This document shows positions 39,143 through 53,341 of a stretch of DNA of 64,000 nucleotides, in pieces (position 1 is the stretch's first letter; each line of letters starts with the position of its first letter). Source of the DNA: Octopus sinensis (taxonomy: Eukaryota). A program made the translations under genes and the position numbers. The stretch is taken from positions 41,850,001-41,914,000 of the forward strand of contig NC_043012.1 in assembly GCF_006345805.1 (NCBI RefSeq). The letters run 5' to 3'. A model generated the notes under the pieces. It did not search any database and was not told where the DNA came from. It saw only the letters and a program-made list of their open reading frames with translations.

Positions 39143-41180
39143 GTAAGCTTTTCTATTATGTTTTTATTTTATTTTATTTATCCCTCTTGTAGATTTGCTG
39201 TATTTGTTTCTTTAGTGAAAAAACGAGAGAAAAACGATTCATTGGTAGAATCGGGAGAGTAACCGAAAACAATGTCTTTCCGTATTTCTTTTGACTCTTG
39301 AAATCTGGTCTTCAAATTCTGAAGTTAAATTTATCCTTTCGGGAACCGATAAAATAATGTACCATTGATGCACTGGGGTCGATGGTACCGACCCACACCC
39401 ATTCCTCAAATTTGCTGCTTTCATACCCCTAAATTTTAAAATCGTTATAGTAGTAGTAGAAGTAGCAGCAGCAGCAGTATAGGGGAATACGCTGTGACAG
39501 TGAGTCGCTGCATCCACCATTTGTTGGTGACTCCCTATTCTTGGCGGATGACACCTTTGCACCACTGAAGCAACACCCCTCTAACCCACTGGTCTGCTCG
39601 GGGTAGTCATTACCAGTGAGAGTTTTATGAGGTTGAAGCACAGATCCTACCTCAACCTCTTTTAGTCGCCTTCATGACATGCAGAAGAATTGTTGGGTCT
39701 ATTCTTTGGCATGCCGGTTCCCACACAGCACTAAAGTAACGTGAAATGAAGTGATTTGTTCAACTGCTTAACACACTGCCCGGTCCGGAAATCGAAACCA
39801 CTGTCCGGAGATCATGAGTTCACCACTCGGCCACGCACCTTTATATAAAAAAGATTAGAATTTAAATCTAATGTGCAGAGGTGTACTTTAAAGGTCATAG
39901 GCGTCGCTCTAGTACTGGGAGGTGGCGAGTGAGGATTGATGTAACTGGCTAATTGCCTTACATCAAATTTGATGGCCTTGTGTCTAAATTAGAAGCAATT
40001 CGGATTTTAGAAGACTTAATCCAAATACAGAAGACGATCAGCCTGGGATTAGGAAGAAGTGTTGTGTGTGTGTATGCATTTAGATGCATCTGTGTGTGTG
40101 TGTTTGTGTAAGTTCAAGGCCTCAAATCTTCGAGGAGAGTCAATTTACTCCACCCCAGCATTCAATTGAGTCTTATTTTACTGACTCCGAAACGATGAAA
40201 GGCAAAGTTGACTTCGGAGGAATTTCAATTCAGATCGTAAAGCCGGAAAAAATGCCGCTAAGCCTTTTATCCGGCACGCTAACGATATCTCACACCGACT
40301 TGGTTTTTGTCTCATTTTGTTTAACATTTACACTCTCACACACGACCTGCATTGGATTGCTCATACTATCATCGAACGGGGAGTCTAACAGCGGTCCTTC
40401 CGCAGCATTTACATAGCCTTACCTGCCTTTTGGGTCTTCTGGATTCCAAAACATTCTCTCTCTCTCTATCTATCTATCTCTTTCTCTCTCTCTCTTTCTC
40501 TTTCTCTCTCTCTCTTTCTCTCTCACACACACACATATATATATATAAAGACATAATAATGAAGAATAGAAGTTTGTAGATCTTTAAATCTTATTTGATA
40601 AAAACCATTTTCTTCACATTACATTGTGACATGTGTTTCTGCTGGGTCGGTGTTTTCGGTTGGTTTGATATAATAGCTTTGTGCATTTGTATTAAGTCGA
40701 TCGTAGTACACGTTCTAATCCAAAGGTTAACAACCCTATACAGCTTTATTCAAGGTGGGTGAATACTGGATCTTACCAGAGCGTTAGTAGGCTATCATCC
40801 TGCATTTACAATACATGTTTCCTTGTAAACGCAACATTAGCATATTGTATATTTTTATTATTTTTTTTTTGTTTCGTTTAATCTCTATTTTATGTCATTT
40901 CATCCTTACATACCAGCTGTAAATGTATTACTTTTTCAAGAAGTCATCTTCGTTTATGTGTACGTCTCAACATCTTCACAAAAATATACAATATTGGTGA
41001 TACCTTCAGCTACATCCCATACTGACACTCATAGCTGTTATGTTCCCTTACTCGACCGTCTTGCAGAATATTGACTTATTGAAAAACACTAAAACATTTG
41101 TTTTCCATTTTGATTTCCCTTCAGTAGTTTCTACGCATCTGTAAAGTAATAACAATATTATTATCATTTTTATCCTGCAG

Positions 41181-41252
41181 TTTGTAAGCTGATGAGTTTG
41201 CAAGAAGACAATTTTGAAGAGGCTCTTCTTACAAATGCGTCGTTCACAAGAG
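41181..41252 (+). CDS. Myosin motor gene, exon g
   Basis: VCKLMSLQEDNFEEALLTNASFTR; ctgcag acceptor and GTAAGT donor; phase 1/1. Confidence 0.88.
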
Positions 41253-41686
41253 GTAAGTGTCTTTATATAAATCTAGATATTCATCCACCTCACTGCAATC
41301 TGTTTATTTATATATTTCTATGTCAGCCTCTCTCTTAATAAATAATGTATCTTTCTGTCTATCTGTACGGACGTGATGCATATAGGCATGTGTTTATGTA
41401 TGTGTGTGTGGGGAGTGGGTGTTATAGGTGTAAATATATCATCAGCTATGACGACGATAACAATGAGGAAGAGTGTGAGGAAAAGATTAAAGATGACCAC
41501 TTTGACCCAGTTAACTACTTTGACGACGACGTCGACGGCGATGGTAATGAGGAGGAAGAGGAGGAGGGGGAGGATGAGGAGGAGGTTGACGACTTTCCAT
41601 TCTAACAATGGTCACCGATGACGATAATAATTAATTTCAATGCCGATGATGATGATGTCTTTACGTCGTTTTATCTTTGTCTTTAG

Positions 41687-41825
41687 ATGAAAAAGTGATC
41701 AAGAACAAGACTCTCTTCGAAGCCACAGACGGTCGTGATGCGTTAGCCAAGGTCTTATACGCCAGACTCTTTGGTTGGATCGTACGTCAAGTGAACGTCC
41801 GCTTGGGAGCGCTCATTCAATACAA
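41687..41825 (+). CDS. Myosin motor gene, exon h
   Basis: EATDGRDALAKVLYARLFGWIVRQVN; phase 1/2. Confidence 0.93.
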
Positions 41826-42216
41826 GTAAGTCTATAAGCACTCTTAAAGATTTCCTTATTATTCTTTTATATCTGTTTTAAACTCTCTTTCTATATTGTA
41901 ATGCGGCCAGGCTCCGGACTGTTGAGAGTCAACACCTAATTTCATAGAATATGAAACCGGTTTGGTTTAGTTGGACAATACTTGATACTGAAACGAATGT
42001 AGTTTGATGCTCCCTAACAAATCTTGCAATTTACTGCCAGTATATGTGTGCATTGGGCGGTCGGTTATTAGAATCGTTACAACATCGTGGTGTTTGGGCT
42101 TTTCACGTTCTAAGTTGAAATCTCGCCGAAGTATAAAATTGGTTGGCGGTCAATCCCTGTGGATCAATTTCAGCAATTTTTACCTCTCTCCAAACGATTT
42201 TATACTTTTCTTATAA

Positions 42217-42278
<62 letters not shown>

Positions 42279-42310
42279 CACCACCACCACCACCACCACC
42301 ACCACCACCT

Positions 42311-42352
<42 letters not shown>

Positions 42353-42400
42353 ATACTAATACTACTACTACTACTACTACCTGTGTTTATCGTTTGGCAG

Positions 42401-42626
42401 AGACAAAGATTTGTCGGCAGTGGCTATATTGGACATGTCTGGATTCGAGAATGCCAAAGTGAACAGTTTCGAGCAGCTGTGTATCAATGTGGCCAATGAG
42501 CAGCTTCAATCATACTTCAATGATCACGTGTTCGTTTTTGAACAGCAACAGTATAAAAAGGAACGTATACCATGGAATAACATAACCTTCCAGAATAACG
42601 ACGACATGTTGGATATGTTTCTAGCA
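42401..42626 (+). CDS. Myosin motor gene, exon i (switch II and relay helix)
   Basis: AILDMSGFENAKVNSFEQLCINVANEQLQSYFNDHVF...; GTGAGT donor; phase 2/0. Confidence 0.95.
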
Positions 42627-44160
42627 GTGAGTATACCGTTATACATATATATATATATATATCTTACGCATTGTGTGTGTGTGCGTATACATGTATAGTC
42701 ATGTATGTGTATAATTGTTAAAAATTTGTGAGTTTTAACAAGGCACTCATATACTAGGTAATGATGTGGATATATTATTGCTATTATTATTGTTGTTGTT
42801 GATGTTGTTATGTATATCGTATAGTCTCGTGATAGTCAAATTGTCAATATGGTGTGGACTTGTTACCATTGGAGCCCTTCGGGCCCCCAGTGGAAAAAAG
42901 CAATTGCTTTAAATTGTACAATGTCCTTATATTTATATTCCTAATCATAGCCTACACCACGTAAACGTCGACATTAATTTCTACATATACATGCAGACTC
43001 AGTGTCTTTGAAGGATGAACTTCCTGTTGGCGCCATTACGAAACACGTAGATATACTACCGTGAGATGTCTCCGTGTGACAAACCCGTATTTAGTCGTTC
43101 CATGTATCTCAGATTTCAAGTCCGCCAACATCAACATTGCCTTTTATTCTTTCGGAGTCAATACAGGAATTATTAGTCCAGGGCTATGAATCGGTGAACT
43201 TTTGACAGCGTCGGAGCAGACGGCTTCCAGTCTTTGCATTGGTCGTTTGCTTTTGACATCAATTTTATCTCTTACTAACAACCACTTCTTTCTACACTCT
43301 CGTTCTTACATACACACTCTCTTTGTCATTCTCTCTCTCTCTCTCTCTCTCGTTCTCCCTGCTTTATTTTTTTTACTCTATTGCCCCTTCTCTCTCTCTC
43401 TTTCCCCCATAACTTTCCGATAGTTTCTACTTTCCACTATTTTTTCTCACTACCGCTCTCATATTGTCTGACTCCTCTCACATTCACAGACATACACTCT
43501 TTCACTCCCTCTCTCGTATTCTCTTTATATATGCCTTTCGATCTTTCTGTCTATCTCCTCTAACATCATTCCTCTGTTCTCGGTTGACACATTTCCACTT
43601 TTTCCAATATTTCACCAAAGTTGTTAGTCGCTTATTCATCATTTCACTACAACACAAGCAATATGACTTAAAGAAGTGAAAAGAAATAATTCAACAAACA
43701 CCACAAGACATCTTAGAGAGAGAGTGAGAGACAGGAGAAGAAAGGAAAAAGTAAAGAGACGCAAAAGCTATTGAAAGAGGGAGGAGTGGGGAATATGAAA
43801 AGAGGGGGCTAGGGGTTAAGAAGAGAGAGGGGGGATAATGCTTTGTAACTTACATGTGACATCATTGATTCCGTGGCGGATACAAACGATGATTGATATC
43901 AATAAACTTTTAACACAAATTATAATAATAAAATCTTGTGGTTTAAAATTAAGAACCAGCATTTACTTAATTAAGAGTCATACATACATACGTACGTACT
44001 CGTACGTATGTATGTATGTCTGTATCTATCTATGTCCTGGGTATGGCATTAACCTGCGAGGGGCATAGAGTCACCCCTTACCATTACTCGCAGGTCCGTT
44101 TATTATACTATCCTCAGTAGATCTTCACATCGGTAAATTCATTATATATATATATATATA

Positions 44161-44990
44161 TATAAGTAAATAAATGGAGTTGAACGCAGATGTTATTAAA
44201 ATTCTTTTACTTTCGACATATGTTTCGAAGACAACATTGGTTTATTCCAAAGGAATAAACGGTGTAAATGCAATCTTCTCATCAGGAAAGAAAGGGAGCC
44301 TATCTCAACAACAAGACATTATAACAATTACGATGGCTGCATAAATGATAAACAAAACGTTATTAAGTATTAAAAAAAAGCCGTTAGTAGATTCGACGTC
44401 AAAGGCAGATACTAGAAAGAGAAGGGTTAAAGAAATAATAAGTAGAGAACAAATAAAGGGAGATACGTTGGTTGAAAAAATGTTCAAAGGCTTAGAAGTA
44501 GATTTCTCTATTGAAGTAAAGTGTAAATTAAACTAACTGTTCAAAATATAAAGACTGGCAAAATCACTTATATGAGCTAAAGGTATATTTCTGCCAGTGT
44601 TTACATTTGTAAGATCGCTCTATAAGTGTGTTAACAAGGTGATTCATAGAGAAGAGAATATGGAAGAGTTCAGAGTTGCAAATGTTACAAAATCCCTTGC
44701 CCTTATCGTAAGGAAAAGATATGGACAGGATGAACCAATCTAACTTAAAATCTTTATTGTTGTCTTTAAGATGCCAAAGCAATTTACTTAGCCCTGTGCT
44801 ATGACGTTTACTGCTATGATGACTAATGATTAGAAATTCTCTTAGATAACTGGGAAGAGTATGCGCCAATGTAGAAGCAGACATCTGTACCGCAAGAAAT
44901 TTTACACTGGTATATAGAATTCTTGATCCTAGAATTATTAGACATAAATTTAATTCTGTTCGGGTTGTCCTCAGAGACCAAAACCATGTT
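44161..44990 (-). mobile_element. PLE 3' fragment (GIY-YIG end plus pseudo-LTR), related to the 25.7-28.8 kb element
   Basis: NPNRIKFMSNNSRIKNSIYQC...FYIG...CNICNSELF...KCKHWQKY. Confidence 0.85.
44210..44290 (-). ncRNA. Type I hammerhead ribozyme with canonical core and long stem II
   Basis: CTTTC-CTGATGA-GAAGA...GTTTATTCC-TTT-GGAATAAAC...TCTTC-GAAAC-ATAT-GTC-GAAAG. Confidence 0.88.
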
Positions 44991-44997
44991 TTTATTG

Positions 44998-45055
<58 letters not shown>

Positions 45056-48000
45056 GTCTTCTTCTTTCAAATTTGCTTCCATTTCTTGCCGAGTGTCTTC
45101 CCGTCTCCTAGGGCAAAGAAACTCATAGTATACATTGGTAGGCCATTAAACTAAACTCACTAGTTCGTTCTTTTTTTTTTATAGAAATAAAGTTAAATTA
45201 AAATACATGGGTTGTAATAGTTCTCACTTCGACAATGCTCTTCTTAATACGTGTGATGTACCAGTTAAGACAATATTTTGCGCTTCTTGCAGAGATTGTA
45301 AGCCAGGGATCATTCTCATATTTTCGGTTCCCTTCTTGATCATTCCTAGTGATCCTACGATCACTGGTATTGTAACCGCCTTGAGATGCCACATTTTCTC
45401 AATTTCAATGAGCAGGTCTTTATATTTTCTGAGCTTGTCAAATTCTTTCGCCGAGATATTATGATCACAGGGAATGCTAATGTCGATCAATAAGCAAACT
45501 TTATTGTTTTGGTCTTTCACAACAATATCCGGTTTATTGGCTTTGATGGTTCGGTATGTATGTACTGGAAAGTCCCACAGAATCGTTACATTTTCTCCTT
45601 CAGTTACAGCTTCAGGGTGGTGATTATACCACTTGTTGGCAGTTTTGATATTGTAATGCCGACTTATTAGCCAGTGTAGATATTGGCCAACTCTGTCATG
45701 TCTTAATTTATACTCCCCTGGTGCTAAAACTTTACATCCAGAGATTAGGTGGTCCACTGTTTCAATCATGTCGTTGCAGAATCGGCATTTTGGGTCTGCT
45801 CCATTTTTCATCACATTGGCCTGGTAGTTCCGGGTTAATAGGCTTTGATCTTGAGCAGCCAGGATGAAACCTTCGCTCTCTGCTTTTAGTCCTGTGCTCC
45901 GTAGCCACTGATGGTCAACATCAGCTTGTTTGCTACGGGCCACATATTTGCCGTGCAGAGGTTTCTCCTTCCACCTATCAGCCAATTGCTCGTGCGCTTT
46001 TTTCGTTGCCATTATTTTCACCTTCTTTGCAACAATAGTTGCCGTACTTCCCTCGGGTTGTTCAGTTTGGGTATCCTGCACGAGATCAATAGCAAATTTT
46101 TTGCTTTCCTTTATGATAGAATGAAGCTTCTTTCGTCTCTCGTGATTTTCCACGAGCTTTAGCATCCAGTCATTCGTTATTTCATGATATTTGGCCAGTC
46201 CAATTGTAGTTGTTTTGTAAGCTAGTTCAAATTGGATCAGGCCTCGACCTCCTTGGGCTCTGGGGAGTTAAAGGCGATCTACGTATGCCTTTGGGTGGTG
46301 CATCCTATTACAACTCAGCAGCTTGCTTATTTTCCTATCTATTTTCTGTACTTCACTCATATTCCAGTTCAACACATTGTAGCTATAAGTAACAACTGGA
46401 ACTGCTAAGGAATTTATACCTAACACCTTGTTACGTGCATTTAGTTCAGATTTCAGGACTGCTCGAACTCGCCTATAAGATTCCTTCCTGATCTTCTCTT
46501 TCATGCTTGCATGCTGAACACCAGAGCCTTCATTTATCCCCAAATATTTGTAGGTTTGTTCTTGCTCAAACTCTCTTATGACTGTGTCAACATCTAACAC
46601 GACTGAATTTGTGGTCTTCACTTTCCCTTTCTGGAAAGTGGCCTTGGCACTCTTCTCGAGCCCAAACTCCATCCCGATGTCATCACTGAATGCTTTCACA
46701 GTGCGCAATAGGCCTTCAAGTTCATTATCGTCTTTACCATAGGGTTTTAAGTCATCCATATAAAATAGATGGCTTTTTTTTTATTGACAATTTTATACCC
46801 ATACCCTGTTCTGTTTAATTCACTTGTAAGGGGTATTAGGGCTATGCAGAATATTAGAGGTGAAAGTGAGTCACCTTGAAAAATTCCACAGTTGATGTTT
46901 ATATTCTCTGAGGCAAGTACTCCATTAGAGTGGTATAATTGGAGATTCGTATTCCACAACGACATATTATGCTTCAGGAAGCTTGAAATCACAGGGGAAA
47001 TTTTGAAGATGTCCAGCGATTTCAAGATCCATGAATGTGGTATACTGTCGAAGGCCTTTTTATAGTCAATCCATGCGGAGCTGAGATTTCTGCGCTTGTT
47101 GTGACAGTTCTCAAGGATCATACGATTAATTAGTAGTTGATCTTTGCATCCGTATGAGCCTCGGCGGCACCCTTTTTGTTCAATGGGGAAAATATCGTTC
47201 TTCTCCATGAATGCATCTGTTTTCTCCGCCAGGATAGATGTTAGGATTTATACGTGGTGGATAAACAGGTTATAGGCCGATAGTTTTTTGGAAGTTTGGT
47301 TTCGTTATTCTTTGGGAGTAGGTAAGTAATACCACTTGCTAACTATTCAGGTGTTTTCTTTGGGTCTCTCATAATTCCATTGAGCAGCTGAACTAGCTTA
47401 CCGTGTGCGCATGGGAGCGATGAGAGCCAGAAATTCGGCACCCTATCTATACCGGGGGATTTCCAATTATGGGCCTTCGTGAGTGCCTTTGTTAGGTCTG
47501 CTATTGTGATGTCTTCCCATGCTTGTTGTTATAAATTTTGGTAGGATCCTTCTGTTTGTATAATCCAGTCAGCATTTATGTTGTACGTCTTCTCGTCACT
47601 CCAAATCCTTTTCCAAAAGTTTTGAACTTCTTCCATGGGAGGGGGGTCTTTAACGGTTACTTTCTCCTTCCCTATTTCTCTGTAGAATTTTTTGGCATTG
47701 GATGTGAACAGTTTATTTTGCTTGTAAAACTTGTTTCTCTTCTCAAATCTTCGTATTCTTTGAGCTTTTGCTTGGACTTTTTGTTTCAGCGTTTCTTTTA
47801 TTGATATCAGTTCTTCTCTTGGTGAGGATCCAAATTTTCTCTTCATCTTTATTCTTGTTCTGGATCTTACATCATTTTCACATATTAGTTAATTTAATAT
47901 TGATATTTCCCCTCTCACAAATTCAATCTCTTTTTCAATTTTACTTCTCCAGGTTTGATTTCTTCCCAGGTTTGGTTTTCTTTGTTTTTTTCGGGGGCAT

Positions 48001-49420
48001 ACAGCTGGTTTCAATTGCCCTAGCAGAAGCGTAAATAATTTCATTTAACTCAGTAAAATCAGGTTTTAATTCTTGTATTATTTCATTTGTTACATAGTTG
48101 CCAATTTTGATTTGTTTTTTATTTTGTTTTGTATTTGAGAGTTTATGAAGTGGTTCTCTATCATTCATACTTGTATGTCTTACAACTTCAAGCGTATTCA
48201 GGATTTTCTGCCTCATTTCTGCCATAGACTCTCTGTGTTCTTCAGCAAATGCGAGATCTTCAGTTACTGTTGTTTTATCATTTCCCTGACTATCTTTAAC
48301 AGGTTCTCTTTTACTCTTTTACTTGTTTCAGTCATTTGACTGCGGCCATGCTGGAGCACCGCCTTTAGTCGAGCAAATCGACTCCGGGACTTATTCTTTG
48401 TAAGCCCAGTACTTATTCTATCGGTCTCTTTTGCTGAACCGCTAAGTAACGGGGACGTAAACACACTAGCATCGGTTGTGAAGCAATGCTAGGGGGACAA
48501 ACACAGACACATATATATATATATACATACGACAGGCTTCTTTCAGTTTCCGTCTACCAAATCCACTCACAAGGCATTGGTCGGCCCGGGGGCTATAGCA
48601 GAAGACACTTGCCCAAGATGCCACGCAGTGGGACTGAACCCGGAACCATGTGGTTGGTTAGCAAGCTACTTACCACACAGCCACTCCTGCGCCTATTAGA
48701 ATTTCTTGTATCTTCAGGCCTTTGCGTGCTTTGGTCAGGTGGCAGTCTTTCAATTAAGCCTCGTGGCGGGCTATTCTGTTCATCTGATTCTTCATTTCCT
48801 TTGTATCTTATATTTATATCATTTTCCGTTGCGTGCTTGATCGCGCATATTTCACTGTCTGTGAGTCTGTTATTTCTAAGGATATCTCTCCTCACATTTG
48901 CCAATTTGTTCTCGTCCAATTTGTTCTCGTCTTGATTCCGTGTTCTCCATATACTGTAAGAGTTTGCGGTGTGTCTCTCTTGAGATGGCCTACCTAATGC
49001 GTAGTAATAAGCGTATATTACTTCTTTATACTCTTCTCGGGTCCATTTGTTCCGCTTACATTTTTCTTTCTGTGGTGGTTGTGGTGGTGAACTTGGAGGG
49101 CTTGAGTTGGGGAATTTCCCGTTCAAGTGACCATCCATGTCCGTATTCGAAGAGTTTGTGCCAGTTGATGACTTTTCGATCCCAGGCTGGCTCTTCCCTG
49201 GGGGACGCGCTTCCAGATTAACCATAGGACAAGCGATTTGGTATACTGATTTAGTTTTCCTTTTAGTTTCCAAAAACATTTTGGTGCTACGATAACGTTA
49301 TCATTTTTGAGCTCTGCGTGGCTCGCGGGGAGACGGCCATCATTGCCGTTACAATTATAATCGTACCATTATAGCAGCCGTAGCCGGACTGTGGTCACTC
49401 CTTGTAGTCATGGCAACAGT
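45056..49420 (-). mobile_element. Near full-length R4/Dong-like LINE (RT, CCHC, restriction-like endonuclease), disrupted
   Basis: KWTREEYKEV N-terminus; EQKGC...WIDYKKAFDS...GIFQGDSLSPL...YMDD; CRFC...HLISGC...RHDRV...PDIVV...LIDISIP...K.RKY. (ATT)n lies at both ends. It has a SINE insertion and frameshifts. Confidence 0.92.
48306..48694 (-). mobile_element. SINE (family A) inserted in the LINE ORF
   Basis: Removing it rejoins ...DTRNSN to REPVKDSQ... in frame. Confidence 0.88.
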
Positions 49421-49454
49421 GTATTATTTTATTATTATTATTATTATTATTATT

Positions 49455-49586
49455 GAGTGAGAGAGCAGTGCATGCCATCAAAGTGACACTGGGGTAAAAT
49501 ATACGAAGCCCAATATATCCATCATGACTACCCGTCTGATAAGGGTACACCAGGCACATGCATCACAACCATATGTGCCGACATGG

Positions 49587-49588
<2 letters not shown>
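49455..49588 (-). mobile_element. Truncated copy of the 535 bp (TAA)n-associated repeat
   Basis: Retains only the GAGTGAGAGAGCAGTG end and has (ATT)n on both sides. Confidence 0.8.
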
Positions 49589-49649
<61 letters not shown>

Positions 49650-49876
49650 GTGAGGAGCTGGAATTAACAAGATTAATGTTGGAACATTTTTTCAACCAAC
49701 GTATCCCTCTTTATTTGTTCTCTACTTATTATTTCTTTAACCCTTCTCTTTCTAGTATCTGCCTTTGACGTCGAATCTACTAACGGTTTTTTAAAATTAC
49801 TTAATAACGTTCTGTTTATCATTTATGCAGCCATCGTAATTGTTATAGTGTCTTGTTGTTGAGATAGGCTCTCTTT

Positions 49877-49958
49877 CTTTCCTGATGAGAAGATTGCATT
49901 TTACACCGTTTATTTTTTTGGAATAAACCAATGTTGTCTTCGAAACATATGTCGAAAG
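49877..49958 (+). ncRNA. Type I hammerhead ribozyme in an inverted pseudo-LTR copy (49682-50007)
   Basis: CTTTC-CTGATGA-stem II-GAAAC-ATAT-GTC-GAAAG; predicted cleavage after 49953. Confidence 0.88.
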
Positions 49959-50231
49959 TAAAAGAATTTTAATAACATCTGCGTTCAACTGCATTTATTT
50001 ACTTATACTACACAAATTACTGCACATTAACCCGGAGTTTCTACCTTTGAAAAGTCGCTTCATCCGTTTTACTTGCGTGAATTTTGCTACCCTGGTAACT
50101 GTTTATTGAATATTCCATATTAACGGTAAACAAAGGATAATTCATTCATCCATTTATATATATATATATATAATATATATAATATATATATTATATATAT
50201 ATAATATATATATAAAGGATGAATGAATTAT

Positions 50232-50279
<48 letters not shown>

Positions 50280-50980
50280 TGTGACCTGAATCTATCAATT
50301 TCCTTTAACATTTCAACACCACTTTTCTCACAGAAAAACAATAGTGACAACAGTTACATTTAACATATGGCTTTACCAAGCCGATTTATGACTTTGCCAC
50401 TTGACCCTTTCAACTTCTTGTATGCAGTGGAGAGTTGAATTACGATAACAATGGACCCCCAAAGAATATATTTTGTTCTCTGCAATATACTTATTTTTCT
50501 AACTGGTTTTCTATAGTTATAAATACTTGAACTCCGTAAGCCAAAATCAGTTAGTGAACGGAGATCACCAGAGATGACCGCATGCAGACAAGCACTAGAA
50601 ACTAACGGCCAGAGGGAGAAAGACAATCAGCCACTATGATACATACAACTTTCCTCTTCACTCTTTAACTTTCACTAGCTCACTTTCTTTTCTCTACGAC
50701 ATTAACCTATCTCTATCTGTGGTTTACTACTACACAATGATGAGAACACAAACACAAACTATATAAGGGAAATCTACGGTATCTCTCTTTACCTCGCATG
50801 CCACACGAATTATATTTTTCATACCAGCCCGTCGTTGTTTGTCTATATTACAAAGTAACGGTAATAAATATTTGTTTACAACTTCGCGATCAATTTCTTT
50901 CATCTTGCACATCTGAAGCATTAACACCCAATATAATTGGTGACCCCTAACTGCACCTAATATATATATATATATATATA

Positions 50981-51350
50981 CTAGCAGTATCGCCCGGCGT
51001 TGCTCAGGTTTGTAAGGGAAATAACTATAAAGCATTTTTAGAGAGTTATAGCCAAAAAATAGCAAAAAAATGGAAACAAAATGATGGTAAATTTTTTTTG
51101 AGAGTAAAAAAAGGTCGAGTTGCATCCCCTAGACAGTCTGTGGTTTGTGTTTCTGATTCTCGACCCCATGTCGAATTTATCGATTTTTTTCAGAACTGGG
51201 GGAACTTTTCAAATTTAGTTTTGAATTATGACATTGGGCTATGTGTGTGTCAAGTTTCATCAAAATCGGTTGAAAGCAGTGGTCAGGGTGAGGGTACAAC
51301 CAAACAGACACACAGAAACACACACAGACAAACTGCCGTTTATATATAGA
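50981..51350 (-). mobile_element. Non-autonomous Helitron (family A 3' end, different 5' half)
   Basis: CTAG and hairpin at 50981; TCTATATATAAAC start at 51350. Confidence 0.8.
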
Positions 51351-51384
51351 TATATATTATATATATATAATATATATATAATAT

Positions 51385-51418
<34 letters not shown>

Positions 51419-51431
51419 ATTATATATATAT

Positions 51432-51965
51432 ATATTTAGTGTAGGAAGAAATGGAGTTGAACGAAGATTTAACAAAATTCCTTTTTATTATTTTCTACAT
51501 ATGTCAAAGGCTGCAAAGTCCCTAATTCGGATTGAATAAGGAGTCCATTTTGCAGCCTTCTCTTCAGGAAAATCCAGGAACTTAATTCTCCAACAAAATG
51601 CACAGAAAGCTTTTCGACAAACGCTCACGAGGAGCCCATGGAATAAATTTTGTTGGAGAATTAAGTTCCTGGATTTTCCTGAAGAGAAGACTGCAAAATG
51701 GACTCCTTATTCAATCCGAATTAGGGACTTTGCAGCCTTTGACACATGTGTAGAAAATAATAAAAAGGAATTTTGTTAAATCTTCATTCAGCTCCATTTC
51801 TTCCTACACTAAATATGTAAAACTTCAAATTTCCGCACTAAGGCACATATTTTAGGCCCCATGGTCGTAACCTCAACCGTGCGTGTTGTGATTTTTGCTA
51901 CCCAGGTGTCGGTTATCATTTGAATAATCCGTAATAAGATAATTCATTTATCTACTTCAATAATA
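51432..51965. mobile_element. PLE foldback with ~170 bp arms (51432-51599 / 51647-51816), each holding a degenerate hammerhead
   Basis: CTGAAGA core and long stem II at 51674-51757 (+) and 51491-51572 (-). GAAA is altered to GACA or GAC. Confidence 0.8.
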
Positions 51966-52048
51966 TATATATATATATATATACGTAAACAAAGTCAAAG
52001 GATACATAAAATCAATTATTATCGCTGGTGTTCTATATATATGTATAT

Positions 52049-52087
<39 letters not shown>

Positions 52088-52094
52088 TATCTAT

Positions 52095-52138
<44 letters not shown>

Positions 52139-52243
52139 AATATGTATATATATGTATATATATGTATATATAATGTATATATATTATATATATGTATATA
52201 TATGTATATATATATAGTATATATATATGTATATATTTATATG

Positions 52244-52324
<81 letters not shown>

Positions 52325-52332
52325 ATATATAT

Positions 52333-52399
<67 letters not shown>

Positions 52400-52442
52400 T
52401 TCCACCTGCCTTCGTCTTGTGTTATTTCATAACGCTTCCCGT

Positions 52443-52491
<49 letters not shown>

Positions 52492-52499
52492 CATCTAAT

Positions 52500-52555
<56 letters not shown>

Positions 52556-52585
52556 TAATATATATATAATATATATATATATATA

Positions 52586-52642
<57 letters not shown>

Positions 52643-52689
52643 TATAATATATATATATCTAATATATTATATATATATATATATATATA

Positions 52690-53068
52690 GGAGGCGCAAT
52701 GGCCCAGTGGTTAGGGCAGCGGTACTCGCGGTCATAGGATCGCGGTTTCGATCCCAGACGGGCGTTGTGAGTGTTTATTGAGCGAAAACACCTAAAGCTC
52801 CACGAGGCTCCGGCAGGGATGTGGTGATCCCTGCTGTACTCTTTCACACAACTTTCTTTCACTCTTACTTCGTGTTTCTGTTGTACCCGTATTTCAAAGG
52901 GCCGGCCTTGTCACTCTCTGTGTCACGCTGAGTATCCCCGAGAACTGCGTTAAGAGTACGCGTGTCTGTGGAGTGCTCAGCCACTTACACGGTAATTTCA
53001 CGAGCAGGCTGTTCCGTTGATCGGATCAACCGGAACCCTCATCGTTGTAACCGACGGAGTGCTTCCAT

Positions 53069-53070
<2 letters not shown>
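52690..53070 (+). mobile_element. tRNA-derived SINE (family C)
   Basis: GGCCCAGTGG...GGTTTCGATCCC head. Related pieces lie at 56560-56840 (-) and 56912-57005 (+). Confidence 0.85.
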
Positions 53071-53105
<35 letters not shown>

Positions 53106-53266
53106 CAGACGCACACACACACGCACAAACGTATGTATGTATGTATGTTTGTACGTGTGTACGTATATATGCATGTATCTATATAATAATATGGCATTCT
53201 TATAAAGCGGACAGCTTTATTCTTATTTTTATAAGAATGCCATATTAGTATGGCGATAACTATTAT

Positions 53267-53341
<75 letters not shown>

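Noticed and set aside
41345-41605. Acidic D/E-rich ORF in the intron between exons g and h (similar stretch at 62270-62452)
   Set aside because: Low-complexity GAN repeats. The phase is incompatible with exon g, and exons g and h already join in frame.
49290-49420. Possible HDV-like ribozyme at the Dong 5' end (TCCCCGCG resembles an L3 loop)
   Set aside because: I could not build consistent P1, P2 and P3 pairings by hand. A descriptor search on the family consensus is needed.
50360-50626. Minus-strand ORF with GDL...TDFGL, resembling a kinase
   Set aside because: It has no HRD, VAIK or APE motifs and no supporting exons.
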